Source: Vicinamibacterales bacterium | GTDB taxonomy: Bacteria; Acidobacteriota; Vicinamibacteria; Vicinamibacterales; UBA2999 | Assembly (NCBI GenBank): GCA_035764385.1 | Contig: DASTZI010000074.1 | Coordinates: forward strand, 1 to 58,208 | Length of the DNA stretch: 58,208 nucleotides | Direction: 5' to 3' | Shown: in pieces, positions 35,836 to 43,649 of the stretch | Layout: each line of letters opens with the position of its first letter | How positions within the stretch are numbered: the first letter of the stretch is position 1 | Made by a program: the position numbers and the translations under genes | The notes under the pieces: generated by a model | Database searches by the model: none | Seen by the model: the letters and a program-made list of their open reading frames with translations, nothing else | What the model was told of the DNA's origin: nothing

Positions 35836-37659
35836 CTACGCGCGCGCAGCGACCTCTCCGCGCAACCACGCATCGAACAGCCGCCGCTGTATTTCCGTCG
35901 CCGCGGGATTCACTTCTAGGCGCCATGCCCGCTGCGGTTCGGCGCCAAACGTGGTCGGGACGCGCACAAGCTGCTCGCGGCGCGCGACCAGCACTGATAC
36001 TTTGTCGCCACTCTTGTACTGCTCGAGCCGGTTTTCGAGCCGGTCGGCGCGGACGCGGAACTCGTCGATCGCGAGGATCTCGTCGTCGACGTTCAGGCCG
36101 GCAACATCTGCAGGCGAACCGCGCTGCACCTGCGCAATCACGAGACGACCGTTGTCGTTTCTAGTCGTGACGCCCAGCCACGGTCTCGATGCGCGCTCGG
36201 CGGGCTGCTGTGCAGCCGGTCTGAACCGCAGGCCCAACGCATCGAGTGCTTCCGTGTAGTCCAGCTCAGAGGTGCTCTCAACAGCCGATTCCCAGAATCC
36301 CTGCAGATTCCGGCCGGCGACCTGCTCGATCACGGCGCGAAATTGTTCGGGCGTATACCCTCGGGGGCCGGAGAACTTCTCATACGCCATTCGCATCACG
36401 TCGTCGAGTGACTTGGCGCCGTTGGTGGCCTTGCGGATCCTCGCGTCGAGCAGAAACGCGATGACCGTCCCCTTCGTGTAGTAGCTGACCGATGTATTGT
36501 TCGAGTTCTCGTCAGGTCGGTAGTACTTAATCCAGGCATCGAACGACGCCATCTCTGCGGATTGCACGAGTCGGCCCGGCGTGGTCTGTAACAACTCGAT
36601 GGTGCTCGACATGTCCTCGAGGTACTCATCTCGCGTCTGCAGCCCCGCCCTCAGCACCTGCAGGTCCGCGTAGTAATCGGTGAAGCCTTCGGCGATCCAC
36701 AAACTGCGGGTGATGTTTTCGTTCTCGTAATCGAATGGACCGAGCTCGGCAGGCCGCAACCGCTTGACGTTCCACGCGTGGAAGTATTCGTGGCTGGCCA
36801 GTTCGAGCCACCCGACATACGCACGCCGAGTCCTTGTGGACCAGCGGTTGGTCATCAACACGGTCGAGTTCTTGTGCTCGAGACCGCCGCCGGATTCGGT
36901 GATCATGTTGAAGAAGACGTAGCGGTCGTAGGGCAGAAATCCCCAGAGCCGGCGGTCCTCCTTGACGATGGCTTCCAGGTCCCGCGCCGCGCGGGCGCCA
37001 TCGAACACGCCCCCCTCGCCGACGTTGACGAGCGAGTGCTTCTTCCCGTCCACCTCGAAGTCGTACACCGCCGGATTGCCAATGACGATGGGAGAGTCCA
37101 CCACCGTGTCGTAATCAGGTGCCCGGTAACGGTGCTCGCCGCCGTTCATTGGCGGCAGAGCCGTGACCGATCGTTTCCAGCCTTCGGCGGGATTGATCAC
37201 GATCTCGTGTGGCCGCGGCGTCAAATCGGCAAGCGTGATGAACGTCGGCGCCCCGTTGAGCAACGCGAAGTCGGCTTCCACCCAGTTGGTTCGCACCGAC
37301 ATCTCACGACAGTAGACGCGATATTTCACCGTGATCGTCGCCGCACCGCCGGTCGCAATCCGCCAGTGATTCTTCTTCGACTTGTCCACGTCGAGGGGGC
37401 GGCCATCGGGTCCAGCCGCAGTCACGGCTTCGACATTTCGTGCGTACTCGCGAACCAGATACGAGCCTGGCGTCCAGACTGGCATCATGAGTTCGACGTC
37501 GGGCCGACGTCCGGTCGGAACCGTCGCGGTGATCTCAACGTAGTGAGTTTGTGGCGCCGGGAAACTCAGCGTGTAGCGGATAGGCTCCGGCGCGCTCTGC
37601 GCGCGTGCCGCGACGGCATGCATCATAAGAACCAGGGCGACCCAATACTTTGCGGCCAT
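35836..37659 (-). CDS. M61 glycyl aminopeptidase family metallopeptidase with C-terminal PDZ domain, exported
   Basis: Signal MAAKYWVALVLMMHAVAARAQ. Zinc motif SHEYFHAWNVKRLRP. PDZ region LGVTTRNDNGRLVIAQVQRGSPADVAGLNVDDEILAID. Confidence 0.88.
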   Translation of the reverse strand: MAAKYWVALVLMMHAVAARAQSAPEPIRYTLSFPAPQTHYVEITATVPTGRRPDVELMMPVWTPGSYLVREYARNVEAVTAAGPDGRPLDVDKSKKNHWRIATGGAATITVKYRVYCREMSVRTNWVEADFALLNGAPTFITLADLTPRPHEIVINPAEGWKRSVTALPPMNGGEHRYRAPDYDTVVDSPIVIGNPAVYDFEVDGKKHSLVNVGEGGVFDGARAARDLEAIVKEDRRLWGFLPYDRYVFFNMITESGGGLEHKNSTVLMTNRWSTRTRRAYVGWLELASHEYFHAWNVKRLRPAELGPFDYENENITRSLWIAEGFTDYYADLQVLRAGLQTRDEYLEDMSSTIELLQTTPGRLVQSAEMASFDAWIKYYRPDENSNNTSVSYYTKGTVIAFLLDARIRKATNGAKSLDDVMRMAYEKFSGPRGYTPEQFRAVIEQVAGRNLQGFWESAVESTSELDYTEALDALGLRFRPAAQQPAERASRPWLGVTTRNDNGRLVIAQVQRGSPADVAGLNVDDEILAIDEFRVRADRLENRLEQYKSGDKVSVLVARREQLVRVPTTFGAEPQRAWRLEVNPAATEIQRRLFDAWLRGEVAARA

Positions 37660-39391
37660 GTCGCGATTCTATAGAATCCGATCGGTTTTGTTCCGAAAAT
37701 ACATCTTCTCGCTCGATCACAAAGTCATCGGCCTGCAGTACGCGCTGACCAGCCTCTGCTTTCTCCTGATTGGCTTCTCGCTCGCCGTTGTCTTCCGGTG
37801 GCAGCTCGCCTATCCCGGCCAACCAGTACCGATCATCGGACGCTGGCTCGGTGAGCTGAATGCCCCGGGTGGCGTCGTGCTTCCCGAGTTCTACAACCAG
37901 CTGGTCGCCATGCACGGCACCATCATGGTGTTCCTCGCGGTCGTGCCGCTGTCAGTCGGCGCGTTCGGCAATTACCTCATCCCGCTGCAAATCGGCGCGC
38001 CGGACATGGCATTTCCGCGGCTGAACATGGCGAGCTACTGGACCTACCTGGCAGGGGGGCTCGTGATGCTCGTCAGCTTCTTCGTGTCTGGCGGCGCTCC
38101 GAACTCCGGCTGGACGTCATATCCCCCGCTCGCCGTTTTCGCGACCCTGGGCCAGACGTTCTGGCTGGTTGGAATGTTTCTGCTGATCGTGTCGGCGTTA
38201 TTTGGCTCGGTCAATACGATCACGACCATCGTGCAACTACGCGCGCCGGGACTCACATGGTTCCGGCTGCCGTTCTTCATCTGGGCCCAGTTGGTCACGG
38301 CATTCCTGCTCCTGCTGGCGTTTCCACCCCTTCAGGGCGCCGCCATCCTGCAGTTTGCGGATCGCGTGCTCGGCACCAGCTTCTTCATGCCGTCCGGACT
38401 CTTCTCAGGCGGCCAGGCGGTGAATCGTGCCGGCGGCGGCAACCCACTGCTGTGGCAGCACCTTTTCTGGTTTCTGGCGCACCCAGAGGTCTATGTGCTG
38501 ATCCTGCCGGCGATGGGGATTGTCGGCGAGATCATCGCCAACAACACGCGGAAGCCGCTCTGGGGCTATCGCGTCATGGTCTACGCCATCATCTTTCTCG
38601 GGTTCATGTCATTCGCCGTCTGGGCGCATCACATGTTCCTGACGGGGATGGGCACCGTCATCAGCGCGTTCTTTCAGACGACGACGATGATCATCTCGGT
38701 GCCGTCGGTGATCATCCTGACCGCGTTGCTGCTATCGCTCTACGGCGGATCGATTCGGTTCAACACGCCGATGCTGTTTGCGCTGGCGTTCCTGCCGATG
38801 TTCGGGATTGGCGGGCTGTCAGGATTGCCGCTGGGACTGGCCGCGAGCGACATCCCGCTCCATGACACGATGTATGTCGTCGGCCACTTCCACTACGTCG
38901 TCGCACCGGGCACCATCTTCGCGCTGTTCGCAGGCATCTATTACTGGTATCCGAAGGTTACCGGCCGAATGATGAACGAAGCGCTCGGCTGGATTCATTT
39001 CGGCGGCTCGTTCCTCTGCATGAACGGCATCCTGTTCCCGATGCTGATCCTCGGCCTCGCGGGCGTAAATCGCCGACTCTATGACGGCGGCATGCAGTAT
39101 GCGCTCGCACAACCGCTCCACAATCTGCAGGTCGGGATGTCGTACGCGGCGTGGGCGTTGGCACTCTTCCAGTTGCCATTCATCTGGAATGTGTTCGCAA
39201 GCCTGAAGTTCGGACGTGTCGCGGACGCAAACCCGTGGCAAGCCACGACGCTCGAATGGGCGGCGGCGCCGACGCCGCCGCTCGCCCACGGCAATTTCGA
39301 AACGATTCCTGCGGTGTACAGACCCGCGTACGAGTACAGCGTTCCAGGCGCGGCCGACGACTTCGTACCGCAGAACAGCACCAGCGTGTGA
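37658..39391 (+). CDS. ctaD: Heme-copper (aa3-type) cytochrome c oxidase subunit I
   Basis: Contains SLDHKVIGLQY, MAFPRLN, LFWFLAHPEVYVLILPAMG and VWAHHMFLTGMG. Start is ATG 37658 (alternative TTG 37688). Confidence 0.92.
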   Translation: MSRFYRIRSVLFRKYIFSLDHKVIGLQYALTSLCFLLIGFSLAVVFRWQLAYPGQPVPIIGRWLGELNAPGGVVLPEFYNQLVAMHGTIMVFLAVVPLSVGAFGNYLIPLQIGAPDMAFPRLNMASYWTYLAGGLVMLVSFFVSGGAPNSGWTSYPPLAVFATLGQTFWLVGMFLLIVSALFGSVNTITTIVQLRAPGLTWFRLPFFIWAQLVTAFLLLLAFPPLQGAAILQFADRVLGTSFFMPSGLFSGGQAVNRAGGGNPLLWQHLFWFLAHPEVYVLILPAMGIVGEIIANNTRKPLWGYRVMVYAIIFLGFMSFAVWAHHMFLTGMGTVISAFFQTTTMIISVPSVIILTALLLSLYGGSIRFNTPMLFALAFLPMFGIGGLSGLPLGLAASDIPLHDTMYVVGHFHYVVAPGTIFALFAGIYYWYPKVTGRMMNEALGWIHFGGSFLCMNGILFPMLILGLAGVNRRLYDGGMQYALAQPLHNLQVGMSYAAWALALFQLPFIWNVFASLKFGRVADANPWQATTLEWAAAPTPPLAHGNFETIPAVYRPAYEYSVPGAADDFVPQNSTSV

Positions 39392-39981
39392 TGGAAATTC
39401 CCTACACCGCCTCCGTCCGGCCCGACACGGGTGTGACCAACCAGAAGCTGGGAATGTGGCTGTTCCTGGCGTCCGAAGTGATGCTCTTCGGATCGCTGTT
39501 CTCGTCCTACGCCCTGCTGCGAAGCGGCGCCATGACGTGGCCGGATCAGTCGTCTATCGTCAACGTACGGCTGGCGACAGTGAATACAGCGGTCCTCATC
39601 GCCTCGAGTGTGGCGATTCTGCGTGCGGTTGCCGCGTTGCGCGGTGGAAACATCGCGCGGTTTCGCGCGCTCATGGCGGCGACCGCAACGCTCGGCATCA
39701 TCTTTCTTGCGATCAAATCGGTCGAATACCGGGGGGAGCTGGCGGAAGGACTGAGGCCTTCCACGAATAATTTCGTCGGCCTCTATTTCGTGATGACGTT
39801 TCTTCACGCCATGCACGTGACCGGCGGCGTGCTCGTCAACGGGTTTCTATGTGGCCCGGGCATGGTCATGAACCGGCATGACGCGCCGAGGTTTCTCGGC
39901 CGCGTCGAGGCGGCAGCGCTCTACTGGAACTTCATCGACGTGATTTGGATCCTGATGTTCATCGTCTTGTACTTGTTGTGA
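39391..39981 (+). CDS. ctaE: Cytochrome c oxidase subunit III (short form)
   Basis: ATG at 39391 shares a base with the subunit I stop. Contains NQKLGMWLFLASEVMLFG, FLHAMHVTGGV and ALYWNFIDVIWILMF. Confidence 0.88.
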   Translation: MEIPYTASVRPDTGVTNQKLGMWLFLASEVMLFGSLFSSYALLRSGAMTWPDQSSIVNVRLATVNTAVLIASSVAILRAVAALRGGNIARFRALMAATATLGIIFLAIKSVEYRGELAEGLRPSTNNFVGLYFVMTFLHAMHVTGGVLVNGFLCGPGMVMNRHDAPRFLGRVEAAALYWNFIDVIWILMFIVLYLL

Positions 39982-40005
39982 TTTGGGATTTGGGATTTGG
40001 GATTT
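39980..40005 (+). repeat. (GGGATTT)x3.5 filling the whole spacer between ctaE and the next ORF
   Basis: gatttgggatttgggatttgggattt runs from the ctaE stop (39979-81) to the ATG at 40006. Confidence 0.9.
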
Positions 40006-40200
40006 ATGAACTGTCCAGTCTGTTTCAACGCGTCGGCGGCTGACGAGACCGTCCGCACGAGTCTGAATCTCGGGATTCTCGTCCTGCTCGGCGTGACTGC
40101 CGTCGTCCTCGCGGGTTTCCTGAAGTTCATCGTGTCGATCGCGAGGTTGTCGAAGGCGGACCAATCCGAGGCGGGCCTTCAGGCCCGCCTACCGGTGTAG
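40006..40200 (+). CDS. Small single-TM membrane protein with N-terminal CPVC motif (possible oxidase accessory subunit)
   Basis: MNCPVCFNASAADETVRTSLNLGILVLLGVTAVVLAGFLKFIVSIARLSKADQSEAGLQARLPV. The stop TAG at 40198-200 abuts the coxII ATG at 40201. The track start at 39997 lies in the repeat. Confidence 0.55.
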   Translation: MNCPVCFNASAADETVRTSLNLGILVLLGVTAVVLAGFLKFIVSIARLSKADQSEAGLQARLPV

Positions 40201-40938
40201 ATGCTTCGCTGGCTCGGACTGCCCGTCGAAGCCTCCGCGCAAGCGACGCGGATCGATCTGATCATCGCGCTCGTTCACTGGCTGATGCTCGCGATGTTCG
40301 TCGGCTGGATGATTTTTTTCATCTACGTCCTCGTCCGCTTTCGGCGCGGCGCGCATCCGAAAGCGCGTTACGAAGGCGCGTCCGGCCGACTGGCTCGCCT
40401 CGCGGAGATTGGCGTCGTCGCCGCCGAAGTCATTCTCCTGGTGTTCTTTTCCATCCCCACCTGGAGTGCCCGCGTCGACGCGTTTCCCACCGAGCAACAG
40501 GTGACGGTTGTCCGTGTGGTCGCCGAGCAGTTCATCTGGAACATTCAGTATCCGGGCCCAGACGGCGTCTTCGGCCGCACGCGTCGTGAACTGGTCGGAC
40601 CCGATAATCCGCTCGGCCTCGACATGACCGATCCAGCCGCGCGTGATGACGTGTGGACACAGAATCAATTGAATCTGCCGGTCGACCGGCCGGTGATCGT
40701 GCACCTCTCCAGCAAAGACGTGATTCACAGCTTCGGCCTGCCTCAGATGCGGGTCAAGCAGGACGCGATTCCCGGCATCGAGCAGCGCCTCTGGTTCACG
40801 CCGACCAGAACCGGCGAGTGGGAGATCGCGTGCTCGCAGTTGTGCGGCCTTGGTCACTACCGCATGCGCGGGTTCTACACCATTCAAACGCAGACCGATT
40901 TCAACGCTTGGCTCGCGAGTCAGCCAACCGGCCTCTGA
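40201..40938 (+). CDS. ctaC: Cytochrome c oxidase subunit II (CuA subunit, no fused cytochrome c)
   Basis: Two N-terminal TM helices. Contains SKDVIHSFGLPQM and the CuA ligand motif CSQLCGLGHYRM. Confidence 0.9.
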   Translation: MLRWLGLPVEASAQATRIDLIIALVHWLMLAMFVGWMIFFIYVLVRFRRGAHPKARYEGASGRLARLAEIGVVAAEVILLVFFSIPTWSARVDAFPTEQQVTVVRVVAEQFIWNIQYPGPDGVFGRTRRELVGPDNPLGLDMTDPAARDDVWTQNQLNLPVDRPVIVHLSSKDVIHSFGLPQMRVKQDAIPGIEQRLWFTPTRTGEWEIACSQLCGLGHYRMRGFYTIQTQTDFNAWLASQPTGL

Positions 40939-41185
40939 CGGAACGATCCAATCGGTAGATACGTTCACGTTTCAACCTGATGAAGCAACTTTCACACAGG
41001 TCCATGGGTGCGTCTTGCGCGCACGGATGCGCTTTCTCGACACGTCAGCGTTTCTTCAGCGCTTTCAAATATTTGCGCCGCGAACGCGCGATTGATGCTG
41101 ATGCGCAAACGGGGGCGAAACGAACTGGCCCGCCGCTTGCTCAATCTCGGGGGCTAAGGGCACCTGGCCCGCGAGAGGAGATTGA

Positions 41186-41467
41186 ATGGCGAGGAAAGCG
41201 ATTCCCGCACACCCGACGCGCGACCGGACCCGCGACAACGAGTCGCTGCTGCTCCGATCTGCGGAGTCACTCGGTCGCATGATCGGATCGCTGCAACGGC
41301 AGCTTGACGTCGCGACCGGCCGACTTCACGCAGGCAAGCCGAATGGAAGCGGCCGGAAGAGAGCGGCTGCTGCACGCAGCAGCGCGAAGGCAAAGAGCGG
41401 GATGACGGGTACGCGCGCGGTGGCGCACAAAAAATCGTCGGCGCGGAAGAGCACGAAGAAGCGCTGA
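41186..41467 (+). CDS. Small, very basic hypothetical protein
   Basis: 93 aa. AGGAG lies 6 nt upstream of the ATG. Lys/Arg/Ala/Ser-rich C-terminal tail (...AVAHKKSSARKSTKKR). Confidence 0.5.
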   Translation: MARKAIPAHPTRDRTRDNESLLLRSAESLGRMIGSLQRQLDVATGRLHAGKPNGSGRKRAAAARSSAKAKSGMTGTRAVAHKKSSARKSTKKR

Positions 41468-41490
41468 CCGGGCCCTTCTGCTGTCGCCGG

Positions 41491-41496
41491 TATAAT
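41491..41496 (+). promoter_or_regulatory. Perfect TATAAT hexamer (candidate -10 box) inside a small GCCGG/CCGGC hairpin
   Basis: gccggTATAATccggc lies 20 nt upstream of GTG 41516 and just before AGGAGG (41507-12). No convincing -35 seen. Confidence 0.3.
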
Positions 41497-41515
41497 CCGG
41501 CGCGGCAGGAGGATC

Positions 41516-43051
41516 GTGTCTCTACCGCGACATCGCGCAGTTGCACGCGCCACATCTGCAGCGACCCTCCCCCCGATCTATCGCGACTCCGACCTGCTGC
41601 AATCATTTCTGAGCGATGCGGCTCATGTGCCGGGCGGCACCGCGGACGGTGTGGTGTTTCCACGCGACGTCGCCGAAATCGCCGCCGTCGTGCGCGCCGC
41701 GAAACGTGTCCTGCCCGTCGGCGCGCAGTCCTCGCTGACCGGCGGCGCGACGCCTCGAGGCGACGTCGTGCTCAGCACGCGCGGTTTGTCGGACATCGCG
41801 GAGCCAACCGGCGGCACCGTCCGCGTCGGTGCCGGCGTTCCGCTCTCCGACCTGCAGCGATTTCTTGCCGCACGCGATCTCTACTACCCGCCGGTGCCCA
41901 CCTTCGATGGGGCATTCGTGGGCGGCACGGTTGCCACCAACGCCGCCGGCGCCGCGACGTTCAAATACGGCGTCACGCGCGACTGGGTCAGCGGCTTGAC
42001 GGTCGTACTCGCTGACGGATCGATCCTGGACATTTCGCGCGGCGATGTGCGCGCCTCTGATGAAGGCATCATCGAGATCGAGACGGGCGCACGGAGATTG
42101 ATCCGCGTCAACACCCCGACCTATCACGTACCGGCTCTTCCGAAGGTATCAGCTGGCTATTTCACGCAGCCGCACCTCGACCTGGTCGATCTGTTCGTCG
42201 GCTCCGAAGGAACGCTCGGCGTCATCGCAGACGCCACGCTGCGCGTCAAGCGCCGCCCGCTCCGATGTGTCGCGCTGATCGTGTGCGGTTCGGAAGCGCA
42301 GGCGGTCGCCGTCACGGCGAGGTTGCGTGTGGAAGCGGCAGCCGCCGCGGACCCGCTCGACGTTGCGGCAATCGAGTACATGGACGCGAGATCGTTGGGG
42401 CTCGTCGACGAATCGACATTCGCGCACGCCGGCATTCGCCGGCCCGTTGACGGCTCAACGATGCTGCTCGTGCAAATCGAAACCGAAGGCAACCTGGACG
42501 CGCCGCTGGCGCGGCTGCAGGATCTTCTGCACATCACCGGCATCGCCGACGATCCGATCGTCGCGCTGCCGGGCGACGAACGCACCGCAACGCGGCTGTT
42601 CGAGCTCCGCGAGGCAGTGCCCGCAGCCGTCAATGCGCGCGTCGCCGCGGCCAAGGCGCAAATCGGCGAGGCAATTCAGAAAGTGGCGGGCGACTTCATC
42701 GTGCCGTTCGACACGCTTGCCCGCGCGTTGGCACTCTATCGCGAGGCATTCGAACGGCGCGGCCTCGACTACGCGATCTGGGGACACATTTCAGACGGCA
42801 ACCTGCATCCAAATGCGATTCCGCGTTCACTGCCGGATATCGAGAAGGGACGCGATGCGCTGCGCGAGATGGCGCACGCGGTGATGGCGCTCGGCGGCGC
42901 TCCGCTGGCCGAACATGGCGTCGGCCGAAATTCGCTGAAACAGCAGTTTCTCAAAGACATGTACGGCGAGAGCGGCATCGAGCAGATGCGTGCCGTCAAG
43001 CACGCGCTCGATCCAGATGGAAAGTTTGCCGTGGGAGTGTTGTTTCCGTGA
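41516..43051 (+). CDS. FAD-linked oxidase (GlcD/D-lactate dehydrogenase-like)
   Basis: GTG start with AGGAGG upstream. FAD_binding_4 motif VLPVGAQSSLTGGATP. C-terminal FAD-oxidase domain ...AEHGVGR.... Confidence 0.85.
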   Translation: MSLPRHRAVARATSAATLPPIYRDSDLLQSFLSDAAHVPGGTADGVVFPRDVAEIAAVVRAAKRVLPVGAQSSLTGGATPRGDVVLSTRGLSDIAEPTGGTVRVGAGVPLSDLQRFLAARDLYYPPVPTFDGAFVGGTVATNAAGAATFKYGVTRDWVSGLTVVLADGSILDISRGDVRASDEGIIEIETGARRLIRVNTPTYHVPALPKVSAGYFTQPHLDLVDLFVGSEGTLGVIADATLRVKRRPLRCVALIVCGSEAQAVAVTARLRVEAAAAADPLDVAAIEYMDARSLGLVDESTFAHAGIRRPVDGSTMLLVQIETEGNLDAPLARLQDLLHITGIADDPIVALPGDERTATRLFELREAVPAAVNARVAAAKAQIGEAIQKVAGDFIVPFDTLARALALYREAFERRGLDYAIWGHISDGNLHPNAIPRSLPDIEKGRDALREMAHAVMALGGAPLAEHGVGRNSLKQQFLKDMYGESGIEQMRAVKHALDPDGKFAVGVLFP

Positions 43052-43060
43052 GCACCCGGC

Positions 43061-43636
43061 CTAGACGAGCAGACTGATAGCGGTAGCCGCGAGCCCCGCG
43101 ACCAGCAGCCACAATGGCAGTGCCCCCGCGTCCACGCGTTCAGGTTCGTCGATGCGTTCGATACTCACGCGGCCCTGCGCAGTGAATGCGGCACCCAACG
43201 AGCCGAGCAGCAGCAGCCATCCGACGCCGAGCACCACGCGCGACGGCACACTTGCCTGGTGCATGAACAGCACGGCGATCGACGCTATCCATCCCACCAG
43301 CGCGGTTCCCGCCAGCAGACGCAAACGCCCGATCTCCCGATCGATCGTCTGCCGCCGCAGTTCCAGCCGAAGCGCTTCCTCCGCTCGACGACGTTGCTCC
43401 TCAATCTGCACGCGCTCGAGTTCAAGGCGCGCGTGATCGCGATCGAACGCCTCCTTGAGCGCGGCGACGACAACGTTGGTCAAGCGTGTTTCGATTTGTC
43501 CGGCGAGCCCCTGAGCGGCGGTCTGCGACAGCGATGTTTCCGGCTTGGAACCAGCCGACGAGTCCTTGAGACGACGCGCGGCATCGCGAAACGCAATCAC
43601 CGCATCGTAGGCCCGGACGAGATTGGTGAAATTCAT
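43061..43636 (-). CDS. Hypothetical membrane protein (coiled-coil N-terminus, 3 TM)
   Basis: ATG at 43636 (MNFTNLVRAYD...). Charged helical segment LELERVQIEEQRRRAEEALRLELRRQ followed by three hydrophobic segments. Confidence 0.6.
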   Translation of the reverse strand: MNFTNLVRAYDAVIAFRDAARRLKDSSAGSKPETSLSQTAAQGLAGQIETRLTNVVVAALKEAFDRDHARLELERVQIEEQRRRAEEALRLELRRQTIDREIGRLRLLAGTALVGWIASIAVLFMHQASVPSRVVLGVGWLLLLGSLGAAFTAQGRVSIERIDEPERVDAGALPLWLLVAGLAATAISLLV

Positions 43637-43649
43637 CAACGTGGTGTGT

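Noticed and set aside
40980-41282. 100-aa plus ORF and 71-aa minus ORF in the gap after coxII
   Set aside because: They have no SD, odd composition and no recognisable motifs, and the plus ORF overlaps the better-supported 41186 ORF out of frame. The gap is treated as non-coding and kept as a low-interest finding.
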